64,000 nucleotides of DNA, taken from the sequence record NC_070936.1. The stretch is one strand, 5' to 3'. The notes under the pieces are model-generated. The model saw nothing but the letters and a program-made list of their open reading frames with translations. It made no database searches and had not been told where the DNA came from. A program made the translations under genes and the position numbers. Each line of letters opens with the position of its first letter. The first letter of the stretch is position 1. This document shows, in pieces, positions 10,280-22,600 of this stretch.

Positions 10280-10755
10280 TGGAACAGCAAATTAGTTACG
10301 ATCCGATTGTTCAGTTGATCAGTTATGTAGCTGAAGAGTTACATCAGGAAATCGTTATTAACCAGGATAGTTCTGAGTTCTGGAAAAAGGCTCAGGATTA
10401 TATCTTTGACAATAGCGTAGCTTCTGTACGTGAAGGCATAAACAACTTATCTGAAGGTATCGGTGAATCACCAGACCTTTATAGTTATCTTAGTAGTTTG
10501 GTCTTCAGGACTTTCTCCCAACCTTTCACAGCTCCTGCCCTTGAAAGTTTCTCAAAAGGGTTTGATATGGTAGCTGGCGATGCTTTCTTCCGTGATGGCT
10601 TTGGTTTCAAAGCTAGTGAGATGACCAAGGTAGAACAACTACTATTGTTCATTACCGTTCATCGTAATCACATTCAGCTTGCCTTTATGGAAGCAGAAGA
10701 GGAAGCAGAGAAACAGCGTATTGAAGAAGCTCTACGGCAAAGAAAAAGGCAATAA
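10279..10755 (+). CDS. Hypothetical protein
   Basis: Translationally coupled (TAATG) 158-aa ORF. Confidence 0.8.
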   Translation: MEQQISYDPIVQLISYVAEELHQEIVINQDSSEFWKKAQDYIFDNSVASVREGINNLSEGIGESPDLYSYLSSLVFRTFSQPFTAPALESFSKGFDMVAGDAFFRDGFGFKASEMTKVEQLLLFITVHRNHIQLAFMEAEEEAEKQRIEEALRQRKRQ

Positions 10756-10761
10756 CCGACG

Positions 10762-11490
10762 ATGAACATTGAAGTCTATACCGAAATGGATTCGTTGTTT
10801 GACGCTCGCCGTGGCATCATTATTAAATGTGCTTTGGAATCTGGCAATAAACGTTTCGACTGGAACAGGAACTTTAAAGAGATCTATGCTCGACGTCGAT
10901 TCGATTACTTTCATCAACCTGAATTAGGTATTACTGATGAAGGGTTTAAAGCCCGGTATGCTCAGCGGTCCATAGCTGACTTTGCTGATGAAACACAAGC
11001 ATACATCATTCCAAGTAATCTCATATACAACATCTTTAAGATAGTACGTGAGATTGAGTTCGGTGTAGGTCAGATCATCTCAGTGTCTAAGTTTAACTTA
11101 ACGGTTAATCTGTATCCTTATGTATTGACTCAAGATCTGACTGACGAACTAGCATCTGTAATCCGTGGAGCGGTTCCGTTTAACATTGGTCTATCCTTTG
11201 TAAACATACCGTATGAAAATTTAACTCCTGCGGTTTTACACGCTTATCAGTATTGCTTCATTTATGACTTCCTGACTGGTGAACATCGTAAAGCATATTG
11301 GGAAAATTATGTCCCAGCTGCAAATACGAATACCAAGTTCATAGTTCCAGATGTAATACTGAATAAGGAACTTCCAGAAGAAATGAGAAGCGAAAAGCCT
11401 ATCGATCTAATTGGAAAAATGAATGCTACTCAAGGTGGTAAAATAACCTGGGTCCCATACTCAAAAACCATATTCGATTATAAAGAATAA
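10762..11490 (+). CDS. Conserved phiKZ-family hypothetical protein
   Basis: N-terminal YTEMDSLFDARRG motif recalled from phiKZ-like core genes; operon position. Confidence 0.75.
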   Translation: MNIEVYTEMDSLFDARRGIIIKCALESGNKRFDWNRNFKEIYARRRFDYFHQPELGITDEGFKARYAQRSIADFADETQAYIIPSNLIYNIFKIVREIEFGVGQIISVSKFNLTVNLYPYVLTQDLTDELASVIRGAVPFNIGLSFVNIPYENLTPAVLHAYQYCFIYDFLTGEHRKAYWENYVPAANTNTKFIVPDVILNKELPEEMRSEKPIDLIGKMNATQGGKITWVPYSKTIFDYKE

Positions 11491-11496
11491 GGTCAC

Positions 11497-11523
11497 CCTA
11501 GGAGCCCCGCAAGGGCTCCTAGG
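11497..11523. terminator. Hairpin terminator between convergent genes
   Basis: CCTAGGAGCCC-CGCAA-GGGCTCCTAGG, 11-bp stem. Confidence 0.85.
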
Positions 11524-11538
11524 AGTGTTTGTTGTCTA

Positions 11539-12141
11539 TTAAGATTCTGGATCGAATTCTTCATCGTCATCTTCAGGAGCTTCGGTTGTATTTACCGTTA
11601 CTTCCATATCGTCGTCGTCAAAGGTAGATTCAATCTCCTTAGCGTTAACGATCTGACGACCTTGGTACAGTTCGTCTTCTTTGATCTCGTCATCTGGATC
11701 TTCTATACGGATAATAGGAGCCAATGGATCAAGTACGAATGCCTGATTACCATAAGTTGGAATCACAAGCTTGCCTGCAGCTACTTCATTAAGAGCGTTA
11801 ACGAAGGTTGCAAAGTTAGCTCGGTTGTCTTCCAATTCTCTGTCCTTGAGTCTCTCTTTGCGATCGTCACGAACGGTCTTCTCAAGTTGAGCAAGAATGG
11901 TATTGATGGAATCCAACAGTTTAGGGTTGTTAGGTTTATTAATAAAAGTCTGAGTAGCGATATCTAACAACAGGGTACGTTGCTTCTGAATAATACCAAC
12001 TAACTCATTCTCAGCTTCTTTGCTCTGAGGACCTTTAAGAACCTTATTGATTTCAGCAATCAAAGCGTCCTTATCGGTTACGGTTTTCAATTTCTCATCA
12101 GACGGCGGGGCCGGATGAATTTCATCATCATGGTCAAACAT
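11539..12141 (-). CDS. Hypothetical protein with acidic C-terminal tail
   Basis: 200-aa ORF with RBS GGAG. Confidence 0.8.
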   Translation of the reverse strand: MFDHDDEIHPAPPSDEKLKTVTDKDALIAEINKVLKGPQSKEAENELVGIIQKQRTLLLDIATQTFINKPNNPKLLDSINTILAQLEKTVRDDRKERLKDRELEDNRANFATFVNALNEVAAGKLVIPTYGNQAFVLDPLAPIIRIEDPDDEIKEDELYQGRQIVNAKEIESTFDDDDMEVTVNTTEAPEDDDEEFDPES

Positions 12142-12173
12142 AATTACTCCATATTCTTTAGCGACTATTATAT

Positions 12174-12196
12174 TTCAAACAAATATTATCAAAGTA
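12174..12196 (+). promoter_or_regulatory. Early-type phage promoter motif
   Basis: TTCA-AACAA-ATATTATC-AAAG-TA, matching the shared TTCA-N5-ATATTATY-N4-TG motif. Confidence 0.55.
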
Positions 12197-12250
12197 GATA
12201 CGGTGGAAATCTAATTTAATAATATACGTTATAGTCTTGAGGTAAATAAG

Positions 12251-12802
12251 ATGTTCTTTGAAAAGCTATTAAACAAGATTCCTTTCTTCCGTAATCGTCG
12301 CATCAAGAAGATTAAGGAGGATCTCGCTGAGATTAAACATGACTTCACTGAGGGTCATTTTAATGAGCAATTTATCAGTGGTCTTCACAATATCCTAAAT
12401 AGTTCCTTAATCGACTTCTCAGACGATTTAGTGGCGACTTCATTAAATGATATTACGACGTATTCAAAAACGTCTATATCGGCTCTGAAGCTCGCAGAAA
12501 AACCGATTATATCGAAAGCAACTCTTGGACTTTCCCCGTTGTTAAGCATGTCAAGAACAACCGGGTATTTCTCAGAGTGGTATTCTAACGAAGACTCTTT
12601 GTTAGAATTTATTAGCGTGATGAAACTGTATTTGCAAGCCCACACTTGGCAAATTGCAAACCCTGACTACCAGAATCAGGAGAAGGTTTCTGAACTTATT
12701 AATAGCATGAATCCTGAGTTTTTGGACTCACTATTATATAGACTATTATTAGAAGATCTGGTCAGTATAATAACATTCTACGTAGAGAGCAAATATGATT
12801 GA
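12251..12802 (+). CDS. Hypothetical protein
   Basis: 183-aa ORF with RBS GAGG. Confidence 0.8.
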   Translation: MFFEKLLNKIPFFRNRRIKKIKEDLAEIKHDFTEGHFNEQFISGLHNILNSSLIDFSDDLVATSLNDITTYSKTSISALKLAEKPIISKATLGLSPLLSMSRTTGYFSEWYSNEDSLLEFISVMKLYLQAHTWQIANPDYQNQEKVSELINSMNPEFLDSLLYRLLLEDLVSIITFYVESKYD

Positions 12803-13205
12803 GAAGAATAAGGGCCTGTCGTTCAGCAAGAATAAGAACTTTGTTCCTGCTGAACAGTTAACGGATGTACCAAGCCGTCTTTTCAGAAAGATCGTGGATG
12901 TACTGAACATTAACAATGCAAAGTGGAAAACGTATTTAGATGATTACTTACGTTGGCAGCACCCTGACGATTCCGGTCCGGCAGCTGAAGTTAAACGTCA
13001 GCGCTCGACCGCCTTGGGGAATTTGCAAAGTACCTTGTTTTACTCCAAGAACTTAACTTGGAACAAATTGTTGGTAGCTCTAAAGATCTGTCGAGTTACG
13101 AAGATCCGTGTGATCTTTGAAATAGAAACAGAATCTGGTGAGCAACACACCATCACTGAAACTACAGTTCTTCGTAAATCACCAAAGGGCACTGTAGACG
13201 AATAA
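12795..13205 (+). CDS. Conserved phiKZ-family hypothetical protein (helical, possibly DNA-binding)
   Basis: 136-aa ORF; LTWNKLLVALKIC..I...I motif recalled from phiKZ-like genomes. Confidence 0.7.
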   Translation: MIEKNKGLSFSKNKNFVPAEQLTDVPSRLFRKIVDVLNINNAKWKTYLDDYLRWQHPDDSGPAAEVKRQRSTALGNLQSTLFYSKNLTWNKLLVALKICRVTKIRVIFEIETESGEQHTITETTVLRKSPKGTVDE

Positions 13206-13212
13206 CGGATGT

Positions 13213-13238
13213 GTTACCTTACCTTCGGGTAAGGTAAC
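13213..13238 (+). terminator. Intrinsic terminator
   Basis: GTTACCTTACC-TTCG-GGTAAGGTAAC perfect stem followed by a T-rich tract. Confidence 0.85.
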
Positions 13239-13274
13239 CTCTTTTAAATAATTTATTTTTTTTTAGGATTAATT

Positions 13275-14390
13275 ATGTCAACTTTAGTTCAAAGAGCAAG
13301 TTTGTTTGAAGGGGTAGACCTAAATAACAAACTACAAGAAGCTAGCCGTTCAATGACAGAAACGGTATCTGGTTTAACTAACCAATTAGTCAATCCATTT
13401 AAAGTAGTCACTGAAGCTACTGAATCCGGTGTTGCGTTAATTAGTGAGAAACAGTCGCAGATTGCTTCTAATATTAGTGCTTATAAATCTCAGGCTCTAA
13501 CCGGCATCAACAATGCTATCAAAGGTCTTACCGGTGGATTGTTAAATATCGGTGACATCGGTAGTATCGTTACCTATCAAGATGGGTTTAAAGTTAATAC
13601 TGATGAGTTACTACGTTTAGGTAGTAAAGGTCTTGGCTTTAACATCAACTCCATGCGTGATTTGAAACAGCAAATCGGTAATGGGTTTATTGATGAACTT
13701 GATAAAATGACCGGTGGGTTGGCTTCTGGTTTATTTTACGCTGATGGAACCAAGTTACACATTGCTGATGGTTGGGAAATGAATATGGGGATGTCTCTCA
13801 TTGACTTCCTCGGAAAAGACGACCCTGATGGATTTGGGACCATTGTTAACGTAGCAGCCATGAATAGCATCCTTAATACGATGCTTGATAAAACCATTGG
13901 GTATGGAATGTGGCAAGGTTATGGTAATTACGGAAACATGTATCTGTTCCAATCCGATTACCATGACCAACTTATCGATTCATTAGGTTTGGCAATCGGG
14001 CGTGGTGATTGTAAATCTATTCAAGTCATCTTTGATATCATCAAACAAGAAGGTATCAATAAAGTTAAAGCTAAGTATCCTGAATTGATTGAACAGATGC
14101 TTTCTAACTTTACATTTAGCTCTGACGAAGATGCTAGTAATTATCAAGAGATCAAAGTCCTGTTACTTCAAGTTATCGAAACTGTAGGCGGTAAAGACTG
14201 GTACCAGTATCCGACTTCATTTGGTCCAGCAACCAACTTAGCTTTAGTTAACTTTATTTCTGATGACGCCAAACTTCTATTAGGTGAAGAAACTAATTTG
14301 GTTCCTTTATTATGTTCATCCGGAATCTTCATTGATCAATCAGCTCCTGATGTCTTCATGCAAGATTTCCCTAAAGCAGTTAAATTCTAA
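13275..14390 (+). CDS. Probable virion structural protein
   Basis: 371-aa ORF beside the tail-tip/tape-measure genes; no motif recognised. Confidence 0.6.
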   Translation: MSTLVQRASLFEGVDLNNKLQEASRSMTETVSGLTNQLVNPFKVVTEATESGVALISEKQSQIASNISAYKSQALTGINNAIKGLTGGLLNIGDIGSIVTYQDGFKVNTDELLRLGSKGLGFNINSMRDLKQQIGNGFIDELDKMTGGLASGLFYADGTKLHIADGWEMNMGMSLIDFLGKDDPDGFGTIVNVAAMNSILNTMLDKTIGYGMWQGYGNYGNMYLFQSDYHDQLIDSLGLAIGRGDCKSIQVIFDIIKQEGINKVKAKYPELIEQMLSNFTFSSDEDASNYQEIKVLLLQVIETVGGKDWYQYPTSFGPATNLALVNFISDDAKLLLGEETNLVPLLCSSGIFIDQSAPDVFMQDFPKAVKF

Positions 14391-14395
14391 ACAAG

Positions 14396-14437
14396 CATAA
14401 CCCTTACCCCTCCTCACGGAGTGGGTAAGGGAATATG
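14396..14437. terminator. Bidirectional hairpin terminator, repeat family copy 3
   Basis: CATAA-CCCTTACCC-CTCC-TCAC-GGAG-T-GGGTAAGGG-AATATG between convergent genes. Confidence 0.85.
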
Positions 14438-14448
14438 TATTATTTTTT

Positions 14449-16653
14449 TTATCTGTTCAGAGGTCTACCGGTAAAGATACGTGCAATATCACCAACAATA
14501 CTATCGTTAACAACGCCAGCGATAGTTGCAGGTTTGAACATGTTCTCAGCATCTGTAGCAAGACGAGTCATACGACGGTTTAAGTCATTATAACGAAGAA
14601 CAGTGTCCAAGTAATCAACACCAGCAACACGGTTAACCCAGTCATTGTATTTACCAATGTCTCCCAGATAACGGGCAGAGACACCAGCAACGTTTAACAA
14701 CGCCAGAGGATTTGTAACACGTGCAATAGGAACACTCATGACTTTATCCAAGTCAGCGATAGTGAGATCAACACGGACGTTACGTGGCTTCATATCGGTA
14801 GTCCAACCTAATGGACCATTACCAAATGTGAAGGAAGCGTTCTGAACAATTCCTGTACGAATAATAGATCTACCACGACTGAAACACTTAACCAAGAAAG
14901 GAGAAGTATAAGTCGAACCACCTGTTGAGAAAGGAACAACGAATGGCATGATCAGAGCTAATGGTAAAAACACATTAGTCGCAATGGAGTATGGGTGTGC
15001 GTATGGCGCTTCAAAGTAGAAACTGAATTGTTCACTATGAAGATTGGTATCAGAATCAGACCAGTGCTCAGGGATATCTACTTTTGCGTTACCCAACAGA
15101 GCAAGAGGTACGTTACCAATGACAGACCCAGCGGCCAGGCCAGCGGCAGCATCCTTGATCCCACCAACAAAGCTATCGATAATGTCGACACCTGTATTAC
15201 CTCCAGCAATGTTAAACTTAAAGTCCTGAACTGCTTGGACAGTGTTGTTGAAAGTGGAAGCTATGGCAGATTGCGTTGTTTGGTTACTGAAAGTATCACT
15301 AACTGTCCCGATTCCTTCAGTACGGAATGTAACCCCATCCATACCGCCGTAGAACCCATCCATAAGCAGTTGACCGATCTGACCAAGCCAACTGGACTCA
15401 TCCAAGTCAGGTGCATCAGAAATCGATTGTGGGACGGTTCCTTGCATATCAGGTCCAGTGGTTCCACTTTCGCCATTAGTGACACCAAATGAACTCATCC
15501 CTTCTGTTTGGACTTGTGCTCTTAACTTATCGATATAAGAACCTTCAGTCCCAACACCTGCAGCAGCAGTTGCTGTAGCATCGGTAGGTTTGATGTTCAC
15601 GCCTGCCTGAACACTGGTATATGCAGAAGCTACTTCAGGATAGGATATCTCATCAACACCACGGTCCTTAGCAACAGTCTTGAGTTCTTCCATTAGGTAT
15701 TGACTTGTTGTCATCCCACTTGTGTATCCACCATTGGCGTTTACAAATGAGGAGTCCTTCATCAAGTCATTAAGGATATCTTCAATAGCCGAGTCTTTCT
15801 GTTCAACACTACGAATAGCAATGTTGTTATCCAGGTCCTTCACCTTCTTCATAAAGTAACGGAACTTACGAACACCACGAGTTGAAACTTTAAGGATATC
15901 GATTGTTCCATCTTTATTGATAGCGTCAGGGAAGAGACTATTCAGATAAGATGCGTTGTTTCTAGCAGCTGTTGAATCCTTGATATACCCTTTCTCTCCA
16001 CCACCATTAAAGTCACGGTCACCTTTCTTAGTGTTACCTTGATCTTGGCGATCGTTAGGAAGAACAGTTAAAGCATAACCTGCTGCAATCATCAAGTCAT
16101 TAAAGATACCTTGAGCTGCAGTGAAGTACATGCCCTGAGCTGGCTTACAATAATACCATTTGTTCTTTGGTGTGTTCGTTAAGAACTCAAAGAAGTTAAA
16201 TGATGTTGCGATGATCTGAGCTGGCCAGAATGCAATAGCGCCCGCAGCTTGTCCAATATAGAAAGCCCAGGTTGGAGCACGACCTTTGTTAGCCATGATT
16301 GCTGCTGAATAATCAAACATGTTCAGAATGAAAGTAATCATACCTGTAAATTCAGCGACACCTGCAGTGAGTGTTACTGATAAGGCATTGTCATTATGAA
16401 TACGTTTGTAATAACGCCCTTGGTTACCTAAACGGTTTTCCATTAGAGGTTTAGGATGAGGATCGGTATTTAAACCGAACCCAGGCAATGGGTTAATAAA
16501 TTTATTATCACCAATTGCTGTAGAAAAGAAGCTAGTGTAGAGATCATAGTCAGACCTGATTAATACCTTCTCAGGATCTTTGATCCCGTCGCTCATAATA
16601 CGAAATGAACGACTAACTATGTTTGCGTCCTTATAAGGAACTGATACGCTCAT
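14449..16653 (-). CDS. Tail tip/baseplate-hub protein (phiKZ gp182-like)
   Basis: Directly downstream of the tape-measure gene; AIGDNKFINPLPGF and FTSPFLVKCFSRGR..I..GI-type segments. Confidence 0.65.
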   Translation of the reverse strand: MSVSVPYKDANIVSRSFRIMSDGIKDPEKVLIRSDYDLYTSFFSTAIGDNKFINPLPGFGLNTDPHPKPLMENRLGNQGRYYKRIHNDNALSVTLTAGVAEFTGMITFILNMFDYSAAIMANKGRAPTWAFYIGQAAGAIAFWPAQIIATSFNFFEFLTNTPKNKWYYCKPAQGMYFTAAQGIFNDLMIAAGYALTVLPNDRQDQGNTKKGDRDFNGGGEKGYIKDSTAARNNASYLNSLFPDAINKDGTIDILKVSTRGVRKFRYFMKKVKDLDNNIAIRSVEQKDSAIEDILNDLMKDSSFVNANGGYTSGMTTSQYLMEELKTVAKDRGVDEISYPEVASAYTSVQAGVNIKPTDATATAAAGVGTEGSYIDKLRAQVQTEGMSSFGVTNGESGTTGPDMQGTVPQSISDAPDLDESSWLGQIGQLLMDGFYGGMDGVTFRTEGIGTVSDTFSNQTTQSAIASTFNNTVQAVQDFKFNIAGGNTGVDIIDSFVGGIKDAAAGLAAGSVIGNVPLALLGNAKVDIPEHWSDSDTNLHSEQFSFYFEAPYAHPYSIATNVFLPLALIMPFVVPFSTGGSTYTSPFLVKCFSRGRSIIRTGIVQNASFTFGNGPLGWTTDMKPRNVRVDLTIADLDKVMSVPIARVTNPLALLNVAGVSARYLGDIGKYNDWVNRVAGVDYLDTVLRYNDLNRRMTRLATDAENMFKPATIAGVVNDSIVGDIARIFTGRPLNR

Positions 16654-16692
16654 GTTTACCTCTAAAAGTAAGGGGACCGAAGTCCCCTCATC

Positions 16693-19600
16693 TTAATTCA
16701 TTCTCACCATTGGGGAATTACTAGAGCTGCGTTCCAACAACTGAGCAATCTTGTTAAGCGTTTGGTTAGCTATAGCAAGTTGACCTGCTGCGGTAGCATC
16801 TGTAGTATTGATATGATCAGGCATTGCAGGAGCTTGAACAACTTGAGGCATGGCCTGCTTATCAACTGGTTTAGCCGCTTCTTTAACTGGTGCTGGTTGA
16901 GCACTATTAGAAGAAGGACTAGAAGATGAAGTAGGAGCCCTAGGTTGATCGATAGATGGAGCACTAGAGTTAACTGTATTCACCGGACCATCATTAGTAT
17001 CACCTGCAGCCACACCAGGATCGAGCGTTGAAGCTGTCTTCATTGGCGGTGGAGTACCTGCATTAGATGGTGCGGTATTGCGTGCATCTGATTTCAACAA
17101 GTCGCTAACGGTATTCTGACCAGGAGGTGTTGCGATTGGAGTATCTGTAGCTACGGCTCCTTGAGGAACACCTTTATCTGCTGCCGCAGGTGGTTCATTA
17201 GTTGGTGCTGGAGGAGTTGCAGCTGCTTGTTCGGCTTCTGCCCCATCTAGCGCTAAATCACCATTGCGGAGTTTATTCAGATATTCCTGATAGTATCTAC
17301 GACGTTCATCTGTAGCTGGTACAGCATTACCGCCATTGATACCACGAACCGCTGTATCGAAATCACCCGTCTTAGCAATAGACAACATTGCCTTGTTGTT
17401 CTTAAGGAATCTAACAGCTGATTCAGCCATTACATTAGGATCCTCAGAAACCAACTGCGGATTACTAACAACATCGATACCCGTTTCTTTCTTGAACCGT
17501 TCGTAGTTTGCTTTACCAGTTAACTGGAAGAAACCACGCCCACGATATTTCCAACCATCCTCAGGTGTAGTGTTTCCTAATTGTGGACCTTTAGGTGCAC
17601 GACCATATACCCACATCGCTCGTTCAGCAGGAGACATTGCTGCAACCTTCTGAGCTGTAGCGGCATCAGGAATGTTCTTAAAGTATTTCAGCAAGGTAGG
17701 TGCGGACCAGTTGGTGTTTTCCACCGTGTTCTGGTAGTTACCTGTTTCTTTCTTAACCATTGCCAAAGCAAGTGCGATAGTTTTAATATCAGTTATCCCA
17801 GCTTTAAGTAGGTGGTTAAGCATGAGCTTCTCACCTTGCTCTGGGGACATCTTAATACCTTTATCTTCACCGGCCTTCTTCAAGAACTCTGGGTTAAAGT
17901 TAGCATCAGCTTTACCCATGAACTGACCTGCTGACCCAGCACCGCCACCATCAACACTCATGGTAGGGTTAGGATAGACACTAGTGGGTCCGCCAGTTCT
18001 TACACCGTTCATAGATGGGGTGAATGAAGACCCACCAATACCTTTGTTATTACCGAAAACTTCTTGGATAGCAGATTGAGCAGCTTGTCTACTTCTAGCA
18101 GCTTGTGCCATCTGAACTGGATCATCACCGCTAGTACCGCGAGATTTCTCTTCTTCCAACTCAGGATCTTTCAGTCTAGCTTCCTGTGCTTTCATATCCA
18201 AGATTTTCAGATATCTATCAGCACGGTCAGACCATTTACCTGAAGTAGAGTTAGGGAATGGAGAAGCCTGAACTTCCCAAACAGTTTTAAGTTGTTCATC
18301 AACTGTCACCATTTGTTCGGTTAGTTTTCTAGCGACTTTGGCACGATTAGTAGCCGATAATTGTTTCCAACCTCTTTCCGGAACCACACCAGTTAATTTC
18401 TTAACCTCAATAGTGTATGTCATTAACGTAGGGAGGAATCGATCACGGAACCAAGTCATCCAATTCATCTCAGCCAGTTTAGTAGAGATTCTGAATGCTG
18501 GTTTAAACAGTTCTAACAGTTGAGAAGACTTACCAGTGAATCTGGCTTGATCCCCAATTACCATGATGTAGGATTCGACATAACGTTCCAGACGCAATAC
18601 CGCTTCCACACGCCAAGGCATGTTATCAATGTTACCATAAACCGCAAGACGAGTCATGACGAATGGATCCATTTCCTTATCGCCACCAGGCATCAAGTCA
18701 GAGATATCAATCGTCTTAACTTGCTCTGGTTGAGAGAAACGTTTCTCAATGTCATCCATAGAAGCACGAGCTGCTATTTTAGACATCGCGTCTTGAGCAG
18801 TTATTTCAGCACTTGGACCAGTTTCTTTAGGAACGCCTGGTGCTTGAGCTTTAGCATTAGCCTCTACCGTCGGTGCAATTTTCTCAACCGTAGTTGAAGG
18901 CTTAGGATAAGATTTTTCCATATCCTTAAGCACTGCATCGATTTTGTGTCTCGTTGATTCCGGACCCATTGTGCCGTATTTAGAATCGACACGGACATCG
19001 ATGGTAAATGGATTCGGCGAGAACGTATTCAGTGTTTGCTGAACTCTTTCCAATACCTGTACAACTTCATATCCCTTGGCATTATCGAATGACTCGATAT
19101 CACCCATTCTTGCCACAGAGACTGCCGCGTTAGTGACAAGGAACACTGGTTTGAAACGAGCTACGAACCAAGTCTGAATAGCGCCTGCGTCGTGGTTAGT
19201 TCCTGAGTCGGTGTTCATGAAGTCAGTTAAGATCTTCTCAATAGGTGCATCTTTCTTCAGAGAAGCACGATTATCTCGGATGGTGACGTAAGGATAAAGA
19301 ACTTGTTCTAACCAACCCAGACGACGTCCAAATGAAGATTGTTGATCAGCACAACCATACATAGCAAAACGAACGGCACGTGGTTGTGTAGCATACTGGG
19401 TTTTCAGTTCCCCGTATCCATCAGGAGTTTTAGAAACACCCTTGATCTTATCTTCATAAGCTTCCATCTCGTCTCGTTTAAAGAAGAACTTCTTATCACT
19501 TGACCAGAATAATCCATAGTTGTCCAGACCTTCTCTGGTTTCCTTATCCATAGGTAAGGAATCGGTAGCAGCTTTGGCCAACATACCAGATGGTAACCAT

Positions 19601-22600
19601 TGGGTCAGTACATCAACTACGGCATCGCCTTGAGTACGATAGTGACCTGTTACTGAATCACGCTCGCCCATACTGACATCAGCCGCTGAGGTTGGTGTCG
19701 CATCTTGAGTATCATCTCCAAACATATCCGCTAAGAGATAACTACCAACTGCCGCAGTAGGGGAACCAAATGCGAATCTTCCCATGCGACCAAGTCGACC
19801 GCCACGACCAGCTCTCGCACCACCTCTTCTACGTCTAGTAGATTGACCACGTTGTTCAACGTCTAAGTCATCAGCAGGAGATCCCCCGAACAACCCTCTT
19901 CTCATTCCACCTGCGGCCTTGCCCATAACAAATGCTTGTGCAAGTTTAGTGAAACCTAATTTGAGAAGTTTGTAGATTGGCGAGGCTACTCCTAACACAC
20001 CACTAAACATGGCGCTACCAATTTTACCTAAACGCTTGATTGAAGCTGCGGTAGTTCCCAATGCAAACTTACCTACACCACCAAGAATATCACCAATAGC
20101 ACCAAGCGGGTTCTTGAAGAGTTTGACGGCAAAGCCACCGGCACCCATTACCAAACCTTTCAGTTTATCAAATAGACCACCACCTTCTTTCTTGCCAGCA
20201 CCTTCTTCTTTACTACCACCGAGTGTCTCAGAGATATTAATGATTGCTTCATTAACACGGTGCTTCTCTTGTTTCTCTTTCTGCTTTTCTTTCCAAGCCA
20301 AAGAGTTTAGACGCAAACTGTTATCTGAACTTTCACCCGTTACACCTAAAGGTTCATCGGGGTCTACTTCTGCAGGGATATCAAACTGTTTACAGAGTAA
20401 ACGATAAATTTTGTCCAGACGACGCTCTACACCATTCGGCCCAGATTTTCTTCCAGCAGCACCATTGCCTTCTCGATTAGGACCTTGAGAATAACCGAAC
20501 CTTCCGAGGAGGTTATTGATCCCAGCTCTAGCCAACCCTGCCGCACCGCCAACCATATTAGCAGCCATACCGCCCACGTTACGTACAGCAGCACCTGAGG
20601 CAGTGACCAGACCGGACTGATATTCCTCTTCACTAACCAGTTGATTACCTTGGTTATCATAAACAGCTCCATCAATCTCATTCCAACCAGTAATTGGTTT
20701 GAAACTACCATTGGCATCGCGAACGAAGTAATCACCGGTTTTAAATTTACTAGCTCTTAATACAGGGTTCTTTAAATCAGATTTAAGGAACACATCCTGT
20801 TGATAGAGAAACTCTTTACCCAACTGAATGGTCGATCTAATACGCTCCATTGGGTTAAGCATGTTGTAAGCACCCACAGCCGCGTCTCTAACGCTACGCA
20901 AGCCTTTTAGTGCCACTGCTCTACCATCAGACCCAAAGATCTTCCCTGCTAACTCTCTGGCTCCCACAACGGACTTATTAATAGCATCCATTACTGGACC
21001 GCGGATATCTTCCCAAGTTTTAATAACTTTCTTGGTAGCCATGTCCACGTATTCACCAGCGCGCAGTTTGGCTGCCTTCAGAATAGGCTCACCGCGTTCG
21101 TCAAGGATATCTTCTTCATCCGAAGGAGCATCCCCTTCTGGAGCGGCACCTGATCTTTGACGATGTTGTAACCACGCACCACCCAACAATCCCAATCCAG
21201 CAACTGACGCCGCCATAATTGGGTTCTGCATGAATGAAGACGCAACACCACCCAATAACCCACCAAGGATAAGAGGGTTGTTCTTGAAGAGGAATTCTGC
21301 AGATCTACCCAATACGTCATTTGGTACCAGTTTCTTAATACGATCAAGAACTGAACGTTTGGCTACTTCTTCTTGTTGCTCTACACGAGGGCTAGGGGCA
21401 CCAGAGAACAACTTACCTGCTTTAGCTAAATCAAGCATGGTTGTGAGAAGCATCGACATTTCTGTCGTTTTATCGAGAATCCCTTGGTTACTGGTTTTGA
21501 TGTCACTAAAGACACCAGTCTCAGAATCCCAATTAACCGTAGTGGAGTTTTTGAGTTGGTCGAGGTTACTTAAGCGTTCATTCAAAGTTCCTAATGTATT
21601 ATTAAGATCTTCATATGGATTAGCTGTAGGGCCAGCGCCAGCTCGTATTCCTCCCAGTGTTGGAGAAGGACCATTACCACTAGGGGTAGCACCTTTCAAT
21701 ACCGGGTTGTCTGGATTATCCATATACATTCCGATACGATCATGGAATGCTTGGATGTTAATCTTATCGATACCATTATCGGTATAGATAACTCCTAAGT
21801 CACGGAGCATTTGTTCGTTACCAGTGGCACGTAACAAATTAATACGTTCAGTGATATTAGGAATGTTTTCTTTTAAGTCCTGTGCTTTAGAACTAGCTGC
21901 GTTTAAACGTTCACGACCTTCTGCGGTATTAAGACGCCCCAGCATTTTGGTTCTGGTTAAACCATCCCCACTTTGGAACTGTCTAACTTCATCATCGGTA
22001 ATCCCGAAGTGACGTTTCATTACCGCATGGATTTCTTTCAGGTTCTCTGGAGAAACCCCTGGGATATCACCTAAGTAATAAAGAGGTTGGAAACCATACT
22101 CTTTGTCAACGTCGACAACGATCTGTTTAGCCAGCGCTTTACGAGCACCTGGTGATAACAGTTTGTCTGGATCCAAAGAGTCAACCATATTCAATGCAGC
22201 TGAAGTAAAGCTACGGAACTCAGAGTGAGGCATTAAGTCAGAAGCGACTGAAATTCTTCTGTCGGAGTCTTTTTGGAATTGGCCTCGAGTATAGTTGTAT
22301 CCAACTGACTCTACATCGTCACGACCGGTTCTCATCTTTTCCAAGATAAGGTTAGTCTGAGAAATCAACCCTGGCAATACTTCATTCAGGGTGATGTTGT
22401 TCATCTCTTTCCAAATACCTGGTTTATCCAGATCTTTAGGATTTCTTCTATTGATGGTATACTGAGTCCCGCGAGAGCGAGTGGTCTCTGACATCAATCG
22501 GTTAAGAGATTGTTTTGCTTTGTTCTCTGCAGCGTTCTTAGCCACCCAAACTGCTTTAGGTATTGGCTTGCGACCAGGAGGTAAACTATCTACATATTCC

